From: a virus
Reading direction: 5' to 3' (one strand)
DNA: 64,000 bases
IMG/VR virus record: IMGVR_UViG_3300017781_004450
Coordinates: 13,088 to 77,087 of that record
Both the position numbers and the translations under genes were made by a program. Under the pieces are notes generated by a model. That model was not told where the DNA came from. It ran no database searches and saw nothing but the letters and a program-made list of their open reading frames with translations. Positions 46,193-55,330 of this stretch are shown piece by piece; position 1 is the first letter of the stretch, and the number at the start of each line of letters is the position of its first letter.

Positions 46193-47008
46193 ATGATTAG
46201 AGGAATTGGCGGAAAGCCTTACATTAACTTAGATTCACACCTAGACATTTCGTCTTTCAAAGATCTGCATCCTGAGATTGCTAGAGGGTTTGCATTAGCA
46301 AGAGATTATGCAAAAGAAGGTACTTGGATGGCTCCTGGCTTTGAATGGAAGGATAGCAGTTATATTCTTAATTGGAAACCAATTTACAAAGCATGGGACG
46401 AGTATCAAGCATTAGATGATAACGATCCTATTAAAATCGAAGGTAACAAAATATTGCCTACAGACTTTGGCGATTACAAACAGCGTAATATATTCACACG
46501 CTATTTAAAAGCAACAATGGGTGCTAATGATCCATACATTTACTACTTCCTTTGGAATGAAGGTGACTGGAATGAACGTAACGCTGAAAGACAAAAGACT
46601 GAAGAAAGCAAATACTTTCCAGGTGTCGTAAAATGGGTAGAAGATTTACAAGCAAATAATATCATTGAACGCATTGGTAGAGTTATTTTCTTTCACTGCG
46701 ATCATAATGGTAGAGCATTTGAACACAGAGACCTAGATGCAGACAACGGAGTACACGATGATAAACAATATAGTCCGCACAATAATGAATTCATACATAT
46801 ACGCTATCGCACAAAGAGAGGATTTTATATTTGGGATCCAGAGAGCGAGAACAAACATTACTTAAACTGTAACGCTGCTTTTTGGAATGACCAAGACTGG
46901 CACGGCGGAGAAAACAGTGTAGAAGTTGAATACGGTTTACGCATTGACTGTAAATTTACAAACGATTTTAGAAAGAGGCTAGGGATTGATCATCTCAAAA
47001 CATATTAG
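46193..47008 (+). CDS. putative 2OG-Fe(II)/cupin oxygenase
   Basis: FEHRDLD...DWHGG...LRID. Confidence 0.6.
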   Translation: MIRGIGGKPYINLDSHLDISSFKDLHPEIARGFALARDYAKEGTWMAPGFEWKDSSYILNWKPIYKAWDEYQALDDNDPIKIEGNKILPTDFGDYKQRNIFTRYLKATMGANDPYIYYFLWNEGDWNERNAERQKTEESKYFPGVVKWVEDLQANNIIERIGRVIFFHCDHNGRAFEHRDLDADNGVHDDKQYSPHNNEFIHIRYRTKRGFYIWDPESENKHYLNCNAAFWNDQDWHGGENSVEVEYGLRIDCKFTNDFRKRLGIDHLKTY

Positions 47009-47012
47009 AAAC

Positions 47013-47513
47013 ATGGAGTGGATAGGTAACTTCGGTAAGGATCTAAGCAGAGACCTTAATGACCTTGTGATGATTACAGAAGGACAAGCCCGTCCTGGAG
47101 ATTGGAAACCTGTAAACGAAGTTGAAAAAGCACTTTGGGAAAAAGGAAAATCCGCACTAGATTTTAGTAAGACAATGTGGTATGTATACGAGCAACAAGA
47201 CCTACAGATAGATTTAACATTTCCTTGGGCAGACGGTAAATGTCATTGGTGGATTACTAAACTTCTACCTGGGCAAATGATGCCTATGCACACAGATCCA
47301 CATACTCATGATGATCAAAACTGTAAACGTTATTGGGTTCCTTTACAAGATTTTATTCCGGGACATGTTTTTATATACGGTAACTCAATGGTAGCAAATT
47401 ACAAGAGAGGTGATGTGTTCCAATATGAAAACTCACAAGACGAACACGGTGCTGCTAATCTTTCTTTTGTTCCAAGAATAGTATTACAGGTGACTGAATA
47501 CTCATGCCACTAA
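47013..47513 (+). CDS. 2OG-Fe(II)/cupin oxygenase
   Basis: PGQMMPMHTD...EHGAANLS..PR. Confidence 0.7.
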   Translation: MEWIGNFGKDLSRDLNDLVMITEGQARPGDWKPVNEVEKALWEKGKSALDFSKTMWYVYEQQDLQIDLTFPWADGKCHWWITKLLPGQMMPMHTDPHTHDDQNCKRYWVPLQDFIPGHVFIYGNSMVANYKRGDVFQYENSQDEHGAANLSFVPRIVLQVTEYSCH

Positions 47514-48136
47514 CAATAGGATTTTACGGAGATAGTTTCTGTTGCGAAACATCTAACCCACATAGCATTGCAAAAAGTTACGATACTTATATTGAAAAAC
47601 TAAGAAATCATCACGATGCAAAAATTACAAATTTAGGATATGGCGGAAGCTCAGTGTGGGATGTCATGTTAAAACAATTTAATGAAAGTGATGTACCTGA
47701 TATTTCTATCTTTTGCTGGACAGACTATAACAGGTTGTACGATGCTAAACTTAGAAACATTACAAAAGGCAGTATTGAAAACAAACAATGGAAGGATTAT
47801 TCTTTCAAGGATTTATTCTTTCGTAAAAAAATTAATGCAGCAGCAGAATATTTTAAACATTTACACGACTACGAAAAAGCAAGTGTTGAGCAAAAAGCAG
47901 CACTGCAATACTTTGACCTAAATGTATTAAGCAAGGTAAAAAGTAAAATAATCCATATGTGGAGTTTTGAAAAAACATATGATTGGAAACACGGAGTTGA
48001 AATAGAAACTCCTTTGTATAATTTTGTTGATCAAGACATAAAAGGGTTTGACACATGGGCAGCCAACCATATAGGTGGTAACAAAAATAATCAAGATGTG
48101 TTTGAGTTAATTAATGCCCAGCATCAGCTTTCATAG
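47504..48136 (+). CDS. SGNH/GDSL hydrolase-like protein
   Basis: FYGDSF, NLGYGGSS, C-terminal ANH. Confidence 0.65.
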   Translation: MPLTIGFYGDSFCCETSNPHSIAKSYDTYIEKLRNHHDAKITNLGYGGSSVWDVMLKQFNESDVPDISIFCWTDYNRLYDAKLRNITKGSIENKQWKDYSFKDLFFRKKINAAAEYFKHLHDYEKASVEQKAALQYFDLNVLSKVKSKIIHMWSFEKTYDWKHGVEIETPLYNFVDQDIKGFDTWAANHIGGNKNNQDVFELINAQHQLS

Positions 48137-49205
48137 TAAAGTTAATCTTTACATCAGATACTGTATCTAGTACCTTTAATAATTTGTTTTGTGCAGTTAG
48201 CCTTTGTTCTAAACTGTACTTTGCTGCTGTGCCTTCATAACAGAATACGTTAGATAAGTTAACCAATGTTTTTAGATTAACATCTAAGTAGTTTATAAGG
48301 TTCTGTTCTTCAAGCAAATTAGTATACACAAACAAGTAATCTATGCCGTCCTTACGTGGACATGTTTCTTTCCAGTAGTCTAGTGCTTTTTTATTATAAT
48401 CATAAAACACTACACGCCCTTTATCTATTAAGTCTAAGTATAGTGTTCCACTAGCAGGTAGCACAACTTGTTCATACTTTTCTGTAATGCCAGTTGTCCA
48501 TTCTGTGTTGTCAGTATGTACGAATTCTTCCTCGCAGTATTTTAATTTGTGATCAATATGTTCTTTCTGTTTTAAAAAGTCCTCTGTGCTTTCAGGATAG
48601 TAATGGCATTTGTTATTACGAATACTATCGTCAAATACAATAACAGGCAAGTTCCATTCAAATGCTACTTTTAATAGATTCCATCCATGACATCTGTTAG
48701 CATACGTAACCTGCTTGTACCCTTTTGCTACAGTTATAGGCGTATAGTCGTCGTGTATGTTGTCTACGCTGCGTTTAGGTTCTAGTTGGGTATGTACTAT
48801 GTCTTTTTCTAAAGCGCCTACTGTAGGGCGTTTAAATGCGTTGTAGGCATCCATATTAATTACATAACATTGATGATGCAGTTCATAATAAGCATTGTGC
48901 ATAGTACGATCTAATATATGTCCTGCTACAAAAAAGTCTTGTTCTACTAGTTTATCTAGTGCTTCAAAGAACGCAAAGCCGTTAATAAATTCTGTGCCAG
49001 GACTCATTACTACTGCATGTTTATAACCTTTTAGATTTTGTAATAGTTGATCTTCGTTTTTACCTATGTTTACTGTATACCCTTTGGTACGCAGATTGGA
49101 TATTGTAAAGTCAACAATATTTCTAATAGTTTGTTTAATGCTATCGTTTTTATATGTATCTATATCATCTACAATACAGAATGCTAATTTGTCATTTAAG
49201 TCCAT
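48111..49205 (-). CDS. hypothetical protein (364 aa)
   Basis: Long ORF with TAAATA-N6-ATG; the C-terminal half has Rossmann-like VFYDYN / LVNLSNVF. Confidence 0.7.
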   Translation of the reverse strand: MDLNDKLAFCIVDDIDTYKNDSIKQTIRNIVDFTISNLRTKGYTVNIGKNEDQLLQNLKGYKHAVVMSPGTEFINGFAFFEALDKLVEQDFFVAGHILDRTMHNAYYELHHQCYVINMDAYNAFKRPTVGALEKDIVHTQLEPKRSVDNIHDDYTPITVAKGYKQVTYANRCHGWNLLKVAFEWNLPVIVFDDSIRNNKCHYYPESTEDFLKQKEHIDHKLKYCEEEFVHTDNTEWTTGITEKYEQVVLPASGTLYLDLIDKGRVVFYDYNKKALDYWKETCPRKDGIDYLFVYTNLLEEQNLINYLDVNLKTLVNLSNVFCYEGTAAKYSLEQRLTAQNKLLKVLDTVSDVKINFTMKADAGH

Positions 49206-49211
49206 GACAAA

Positions 49212-49228
49212 TATTTATAGCATAAATA
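49212..49228. promoter_or_regulatory. back-to-back late TAAATA boxes (N6-ATG on -, N5-ATG on +)
   Basis: cat-gacaaa-tattta-tagca-taaata-ttggt-atg. Confidence 0.75.
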
Positions 49229-49233
49229 TTGGT

Positions 49234-49881
49234 ATGAACATCGAACTGATAGATCTTAACACATATAAAGACTTCCCTAAATTGCAGCCTTTTATTGATA
49301 GTTTTAAAGACTTTGATATTAATGCTGCGATAAAGTTTTTGGAAGATAAAAATGTCAAAGATACAGAGGATATGGATGCCGAATATTGGCATAATGCTGT
49401 CGGTACTGATACAGGAACAACATATACAAGTAATTGGATAATGCAAGAAGAGGACGAAGAATACCTCGATGATCCTGATGACTTTAAAGGTGCATGGAAA
49501 TACATAAAATTTTATTCACCTGAAGAATATATTCCAGACTTCTTAATGGAGTACTTTAAAAAGCACATTGACGCTTTGGCTTTTGATTATGAAGTTGAAC
49601 TACATAGCCTTGCAAGTGGAGCAAGAATAGAGGATCATGTAGATAAGCCAGGAGTTCCTGTAGGTGAGTCTTCTAATAGAAACTTGGTTATTAGTTTGCA
49701 ATATCCTAAAGGACTACCACCTGACACCATAGGTGTTCATGTAGACAATAAAGCGTTTACTCCAGAAGCAGCACCAATGTTTATGTTTGACTCACAGTAC
49801 CTACACGGTGCGTGGAACAACTCAGACGAGCCTTGGGTGTTTGCTGTAGTTTATATTCCTAGTGATAAGATAGATTTATAA
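49234..49881 (+). CDS. Asp/Asn beta-hydroxylase-like 2OG-Fe(II) oxygenase (start revised to 49234)
   Basis: GARIEDHVD...FDSQYLHGAWN. Confidence 0.75.
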   Translation: MNIELIDLNTYKDFPKLQPFIDSFKDFDINAAIKFLEDKNVKDTEDMDAEYWHNAVGTDTGTTYTSNWIMQEEDEEYLDDPDDFKGAWKYIKFYSPEEYIPDFLMEYFKKHIDALAFDYEVELHSLASGARIEDHVDKPGVPVGESSNRNLVISLQYPKGLPPDTIGVHVDNKAFTPEAAPMFMFDSQYLHGAWNNSDEPWVFAVVYIPSDKIDL

Positions 49882-50880
49882 TCTATTTTTTGCGTACTTG
49901 GGTAGTACGTTTTGTTCATTTTGTTTTACTTGATTAACATTTTTAGGACACATATTACAAGCATCTATATGTGAGTAGTGTGTATTATAAAAATTGTTTA
50001 TAGCGTCTTGATCGTTAAGTGTTAAGTCCACCGGTTTGTAATTTAAGTACGGCTGCCAATCTTCATCGTCTAATTGTTTTGTTTTTGTTAGTACATTTTT
50101 AAGTGTACCTAATGCTCCGCATTTGTAAACTTTCTTGTTAATTAGCATTGCACAAAAACAACTAGGACAACCATTCCAATATGATGATTCAGGATCTCCT
50201 TGATTAAACGGCCTTAATTTTCCTAAGTCATCTCTGTTATGTATTTTTTGAAAACTATGAGCTTCCATATAATATATGCCACTTTTCCCATTCATCCATG
50301 CTGCTTCGTTAGGAGACTCTTCCATGGTTAAGTCCATACCTTTTCGTCTATTAAACTCTTGCCAAGCAGCATTGCCACCTCCCAAGTTCATTATAGAAGA
50401 CCACCAACTGCTTGTAGGTTCAACTTTATCATATCCTACACGAGCTGCAAGATCGTATACATTTTCTAACATTTGATTATGCTTTGCTAAAACGTCCCAT
50501 GCTGCTACATGACTACAAATTTGCATCCATACATTATGTTTTGTAATTAACTCTACAGCAAGATCCATTACCTTTGGTTTGTTTAATGCAATACCATTAG
50601 TAGGAAAGAAGATAACTTTATCTTTTTCTTTTTCTAAACTTCGAATATGTTCAATAATTGCTATAACTGTATCTGTGTATAAGAAAGGTTCTCCGCCTAA
50701 CACACTCCAACACTCTACATTAAACTGTTGGCTAGCAAGTGTAACACTTTCTAAAATGTTATCAAGTGTAGGATCAAATTCTCCGTGTCGTATGTAGTCA
50801 CTCCTTGTATCGCAGTGATCACAAGCAAGTTGACATTTGTTGCCGTAGAATATATCTAATATTTTAATACTATCGTTCAT
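49876..50880 (-). CDS. radical SAM enzyme
   Basis: CQLACDHC, LGGEP, PTNG, C...C...VYKC...CNMCP. Confidence 0.88.
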   Translation of the reverse strand: MNDSIKILDIFYGNKCQLACDHCDTRSDYIRHGEFDPTLDNILESVTLASQQFNVECWSVLGGEPFLYTDTVIAIIEHIRSLEKEKDKVIFFPTNGIALNKPKVMDLAVELITKHNVWMQICSHVAAWDVLAKHNQMLENVYDLAARVGYDKVEPTSSWWSSIMNLGGGNAAWQEFNRRKGMDLTMEESPNEAAWMNGKSGIYYMEAHSFQKIHNRDDLGKLRPFNQGDPESSYWNGCPSCFCAMLINKKVYKCGALGTLKNVLTKTKQLDDEDWQPYLNYKPVDLTLNDQDAINNFYNTHYSHIDACNMCPKNVNQVKQNEQNVLPKYAKNRL

Positions 50881-51535
50881 TCTGTTTCCTATAACTTCTT
50901 GCTATAAGTTCCACAAATTCATCTTTACGTTTACCTGGTATACCATGTGCTATTAAGTGTATTCTAGGTGTGTTAGAATTGTTAACAAAACTATGTACGT
51001 TTCTTATATTAATTATAAAAGCCTTTCCTTCTTTGAAAGGAACAGTACCGTGTCCTTCAAGAGTCATATGACAGTCGTCTGGGTGAATAATTGCTACGTT
51101 AATAGGTACTCCAAACTCAAGCATGTCTAAATTTTCTTCACCTGGTAACTTTCCAGGAGCATCACTGTGCGGACTTATTTTGCCGCCAGGTTCAAGTTGC
51201 ATAAAACGTATTCTTCTATAGCGTTCATATGGAAACAATTCCCAAAAGCCTTTGATGCTAGGTGTATGCTCACTTATACTAGTCCATTGGTAAGGAACAT
51301 CTTCTTCTCTTTCATAGCCGTAGTTTGTCCACGCACCAGTTTTATCCACATCAATGCCATGTATGCAACTACTGTTCCAACCAGGATGTTCTCCTCCCCT
51401 GTGGTCTACAAATTTTGCAGCAGCAGTTTCCTTCTTCCATGAGTCTAAATCGAACTCCATGTCTAATTCAAGCCAACCGAAATCACTTTTATTAAGTAGC
51501 CAATCTGTAATTTGGTAATCAGTATTCATGTGCAA
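50870..51535 (-). CDS. Asp/Asn beta-hydroxylase-like 2OG-Fe(II) oxygenase
   Basis: RIRFMQLEPGGKISPHSD...VHSFVN.S..PRIHLI. Confidence 0.8.
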   Translation of the reverse strand: MHMNTDYQITDWLLNKSDFGWLELDMEFDLDSWKKETAAAKFVDHRGGEHPGWNSSCIHGIDVDKTGAWTNYGYEREEDVPYQWTSISEHTPSIKGFWELFPYERYRRIRFMQLEPGGKISPHSDAPGKLPGEENLDMLEFGVPINVAIIHPDDCHMTLEGHGTVPFKEGKAFIINIRNVHSFVNNSNTPRIHLIAHGIPGKRKDEFVELIARSYRKQNER

Positions 51536-52403
51536 ACTTTTTCAAACTTTTATCAAATGTAACAGGGATTCTAAAATCCTTTGATCCTGCTCGTTTATCA
51601 AAAGCACAAAACCTACATTGCGGTATAGGGTTATTTAAATTTTCAATAAACTTTTTAATTTCATCATATTCCCAAAACGGTGAACATGCTTTATATTGAT
51701 CTAGTAGGGGCCTAACTCTTTCCTCATAGTTAAATTGATCTTTGGAATTTGCGTATGTCATTGGTAGAGCGCACTTATACATAAGACCGCATTGTATTGC
51801 TGTACAGTCTTCTGCATAATGACAAACATCATGACTTCCTTGTATATCATCAGTATCATCTAGATATACTATTCCGTTTTTAATTTCTTTTATGGTTGAA
51901 GGGAAATATTCATCAATTAATTCAATTTCAGCAATGCACTTATCATCTTTAAAATAACGAGTAACACCATCATCAACAATTATGTTAATCTCATAAGGTT
52001 CTAAAATTTTGTTAAGAAATATTTTACCTTTATCAAAATCATTAGCACTATGCCAAAACACTATTAATTTAATATCGTTTTCTAATAAGGTTCTAGAAAT
52101 ACGGATATTTTTTTCTAAATGAAGTAATGTTCCGTTAGTGTCAACACTTACCAATGCATCTGGCCATAACTTCTTAATTTCTGTAGCCCATGTTAACAAG
52201 TCAGGGTGTACAAAAGGCTCACCACCAACAACATTTATTTCAGTAAAGCGTACTTTCTTTTGCCATTCTACAAAATGCTTTTGGTACTCTGCCCAATCAT
52301 ATACTCCACGATAATTGTATTGATTATTACTTCCACAATTGCTGCATGTTAGGTTGCATGTGTTATTGATTATAACGCTAATTGGGTCGTTGAATGCTAT
52401 CAT
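51519..52403 (-). CDS. radical SAM enzyme
   Basis: CNLTCSNC, VGGEP, DTNG, MYKC...CRFC. Confidence 0.88.
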   Translation of the reverse strand: MIAFNDPISVIINNTCNLTCSNCGSNNQYNYRGVYDWAEYQKHFVEWQKKVRFTEINVVGGEPFVHPDLLTWATEIKKLWPDALVSVDTNGTLLHLEKNIRISRTLLENDIKLIVFWHSANDFDKGKIFLNKILEPYEINIIVDDGVTRYFKDDKCIAEIELIDEYFPSTIKEIKNGIVYLDDTDDIQGSHDVCHYAEDCTAIQCGLMYKCALPMTYANSKDQFNYEERVRPLLDQYKACSPFWEYDEIKKFIENLNNPIPQCRFCAFDKRAGSKDFRIPVTFDKSLKKFAHEY

Positions 52404-52408
52404 AAGTA

Positions 52409-52437
52409 TATTTATGTGCGTATATTTAAGATAAGTA
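52409..52437. promoter_or_regulatory. divergent late boxes TAAATA-N5-ATG (-) and TAAGTA-N5-ATG (+)
   Basis: tattta 52409-52414 (ATG 52403); TAAGTA 52432-52437 (ATG 52443). Confidence 0.75.
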
Positions 52438-52442
52438 GTAGT

Positions 52443-53297
52443 ATGGTATCAATATCTCACTTAGAATGGCATGTAGCACACGCTTGTAATTTTACATGCG
52501 AAAACTGCTGTCATTTTTCTAATCATGGGCATAGTGTTCCTGTAACATATGAACAAATTGAAAAGTGGTACGATAGTTGGGCGCATAGAATAGCACCTAA
52601 AACAATAGATATACTGGGAGGTGAGCCATTACTTAATAAACGCATTTGCGATATTGTAGAACTTACACGCAAGAAATGGGATAAGCCTAGTTTAGAAAGA
52701 TTAGATATTACAACAAATGGTGTGCTATTGAATAGATATCCTGATTTACCAAAAGTACTTGCAGATAATAATTGCGGATTAAAAATATCTAAACACGGTA
52801 CCAATGCTGAATATAATGAACTTTGGAAAGGCATAGAAGCAACTGCACTAGATTGGATTGACAAATACGGAATCAATGTTGACTTTTGGAAGTCAGATGT
52901 TATTTGGTATAAAATGTATAAAGGATTTGGATCTACAATGGAGCCATATGAAGATAACGATCCTCAACAAAGTTGGGATAACTGTATTACAGGTCAAGAC
53001 TGCTGGCAAATACATGAGAATAATTTGTATAAGTGTGCTCCATTAGCATACTTGCCTATGACAGCAAAAACATACAAATTATCCAGTAAGTGGGATCCTT
53101 ATTTAAAGTACCAAGCACTTACACCAGATTGTACAGATGAAGAGCTACAAGAATTTTTTAATAGGAAAGCAGAAAGTTTTTGTGCAATGTGTCCCAAGAA
53201 CCCTAAAATATTACATAGGAAAAACGATCCTAGATTAAGTAGAAAACACTACGAACAGATACCGTTGGAGGTAGTACATGAAGAACAAATACGATAA
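52443..53297 (+). CDS. radical SAM enzyme (start revised to 52443)
   Basis: CNFTCENC, LGGEP, TTNG, LYKC...CAMCP. Confidence 0.88.
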   Translation: MVSISHLEWHVAHACNFTCENCCHFSNHGHSVPVTYEQIEKWYDSWAHRIAPKTIDILGGEPLLNKRICDIVELTRKKWDKPSLERLDITTNGVLLNRYPDLPKVLADNNCGLKISKHGTNAEYNELWKGIEATALDWIDKYGINVDFWKSDVIWYKMYKGFGSTMEPYEDNDPQQSWDNCITGQDCWQIHENNLYKCAPLAYLPMTAKTYKLSSKWDPYLKYQALTPDCTDEELQEFFNRKAESFCAMCPKNPKILHRKNDPRLSRKHYEQIPLEVVHEEQIR

Positions 53298-54213
53298 GAA
53301 ACATTTGCCTTTTGGAAATGCATTTGCTATAGCAGATCCGCTGGTTACCACGTTCTTGTCTAATCTTAACATTGACGTTACTAAAGTTACACAAGACCAA
53401 GATGTACTGAAAAAGTTTTTAGACAGATATATTGAGTGGATATCAGAAACAAAAAATAATAATGTTACAGGTTTAGAAAAATATCCATATGCTTGTTTTG
53501 CAAATGGTACGACAGAAGCATTTGAAAAGTTTTATGCAAAACATCATAAACGTAGATTTAGATTTTACAAAGGAGAATATGTATATCATAGACTAAATTG
53601 TAGGAACAACGGATATGATTGGGAGTGGTTGGATGATGCTCCTCTTGCTGGAAATGACGTTGTTATGATAAGTCTACCTTTTAGCGATACTGGCAACACA
53701 CCTAAGGATTTAGATTTGCTACTTGATCAGTGTGACAAACTTAAAATACCTGTGTTACTTGATTGTGCTTACCTCGGTGTGTGCAGCGGCATAGACTTTA
53801 ATCTTGATAGAGAATGTATTACTGACGTAACATTTAGTCTATCTAAAACACTATACTGCGCTCATGCTAGAATAGGAATGAGATTAACTAAAGAAGATGA
53901 TGACGATCCGTTGTTTGTTACAAACAAAGCAGGATATATCAATAGGGTATCAGCATATATAGGACTACAATTACTCAACAGTTTTTCGCCTGACTACATA
54001 TATGATAATTATAGAGCAAAGCAAGAACGCTGTTGTGAAATACTAGATGTAGAACCTAGCGATTGTATTCTTTTTGGCATAGGGGACAGCCGATGGAATG
54101 AGTACAATAGAGATAGAGAAACAAATAGACTAAGTCTACACAAGTACTTGTCTAATAATAACCTTGAAGATGAAATAAAAGCAATAGCAGATGAAAAAAG
54201 GCAAAATACTTAA
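53278..54213 (+). CDS. PLP-dependent fold-type I enzyme (aminotransferase/decarboxylase-like)
   Basis: NGTTEAF, PFSDTG, LLDCAY, FSLSKT...RIG. Confidence 0.75.
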   Translation: MKNKYDKKHLPFGNAFAIADPLVTTFLSNLNIDVTKVTQDQDVLKKFLDRYIEWISETKNNNVTGLEKYPYACFANGTTEAFEKFYAKHHKRRFRFYKGEYVYHRLNCRNNGYDWEWLDDAPLAGNDVVMISLPFSDTGNTPKDLDLLLDQCDKLKIPVLLDCAYLGVCSGIDFNLDRECITDVTFSLSKTLYCAHARIGMRLTKEDDDDPLFVTNKAGYINRVSAYIGLQLLNSFSPDYIYDNYRAKQERCCEILDVEPSDCILFGIGDSRWNEYNRDRETNRLSLHKYLSNNNLEDEIKAIADEKRQNT

Positions 54214-55330
54214 TTTCGAAATCCTGTGGGATACTGACGAAGGACTAGTGTCCTTGGCGGAGAAGTATATTCCTATGGATATACAAAAGGCCGCAGATGA
54301 AGGTTGTACCCACGTTGTAGGAATAGTTCTAAACGAAGGAATACTACCATTTGATGACAGCAACTTACAGCAATTTTTTAATAACTTACAAAAACAAACA
54401 ACTGAACTTGGCATTCAATTAGTAATACTATCTTCACTAGGAGAACAATTTAAAAATATTACTGTTCCGTTTGAGATACACTATTTTCCTTACCATGCAA
54501 GATTTGTTTACAACTGCTACAAAAAGTCACAACTTCCGTTGTATGATAATAAGGACAAGTTTTTGTTTCTTGGTGGTGCAGCAACTAGGTCAAACAGAAT
54601 AGGACTGCTTAGTAAGTTTTATGACGCAGGAATGTTAGATAAAGCAGAATGGAGTTTCTTTAAACCAACATATGCTGAAGATGTCAAATGGTGTAGAAAT
54701 CATTTAAAAAGATATAGCGACAAAGAATACAGCAAGTTTATTGATACCGTTGAAAGAAGCATAGACGATAGATACGATGAAGTTAAATTGTTAATTAAAG
54801 ATGCTCAAGAAACTTATGGAGATTGGCACGATATTGTAAACACAAAGTTTTACAAAAGACCTGGATATTTAACACCTAAGGTATTTGAAGATACACACTT
54901 CAGTATACTATCAGAAGGCCCTAACTTTTGGTCAGACGACTATGACTTTGTTACAGAAAAAACATGGCGTACAATTATAAACAGGCATCCTTTTATATTT
55001 GCTGGTCCCACAGAACAGTTTAAATATATAAAGTCCTTAGGCTTTAAAACATTTGAAGACTATCTTCCAATTAAAGATTATGCTTATATTCAAGATGAAG
55101 ATAAAAGGCTAGATGCTATTGTAGAAAATACAAAGTATCTACTAGACAGCCATAATAAAAATATTGCTGCTGATGTTGAATACAATTATAAGCAGTACAT
55201 GAACATAATAGAAACACAAGATAGACTGTTTGATAATTTAGAAAATATTATGGCAGTCCCGAGAAGTGAAATAAATTACTACTTGGACAACGAAGGATTA
55301 GATCATCTCATAAGGGAAAAGAATGAATAA
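54191..55330 (+). CDS. hypothetical, glycosyltransferase-like; tandem paralog of the next gene
   Basis: FLFLGG..R.NR, FSILSE, VTEKTWRTI..HPFI..G....IKSLGFKTF. Confidence 0.55.
   Translation: MKKGKILNFEILWDTDEGLVSLAEKYIPMDIQKAADEGCTHVVGIVLNEGILPFDDSNLQQFFNNLQKQTTELGIQLVILSSLGEQFKNITVPFEIHYFPYHARFVYNCYKKSQLPLYDNKDKFLFLGGAATRSNRIGLLSKFYDAGMLDKAEWSFFKPTYAEDVKWCRNHLKRYSDKEYSKFIDTVERSIDDRYDEVKLLIKDAQETYGDWHDIVNTKFYKRPGYLTPKVFEDTHFSILSEGPNFWSDDYDFVTEKTWRTIINRHPFIFAGPTEQFKYIKSLGFKTFEDYLPIKDYAYIQDEDKRLDAIVENTKYLLDSHNKNIAADVEYNYKQYMNIIETQDRLFDNLENIMAVPRSEINYYLDNEGLDHLIREKNE

Noticed and set aside
49066-49233. Longer N-termini given by the ORF track (49066, 52416, 38568, 39648, 19161, 2343)
   Set aside because: These extensions overlap divergent genes or promoter boxes. 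The downstream ATGs fit the TAAATA spacing or an SD better.
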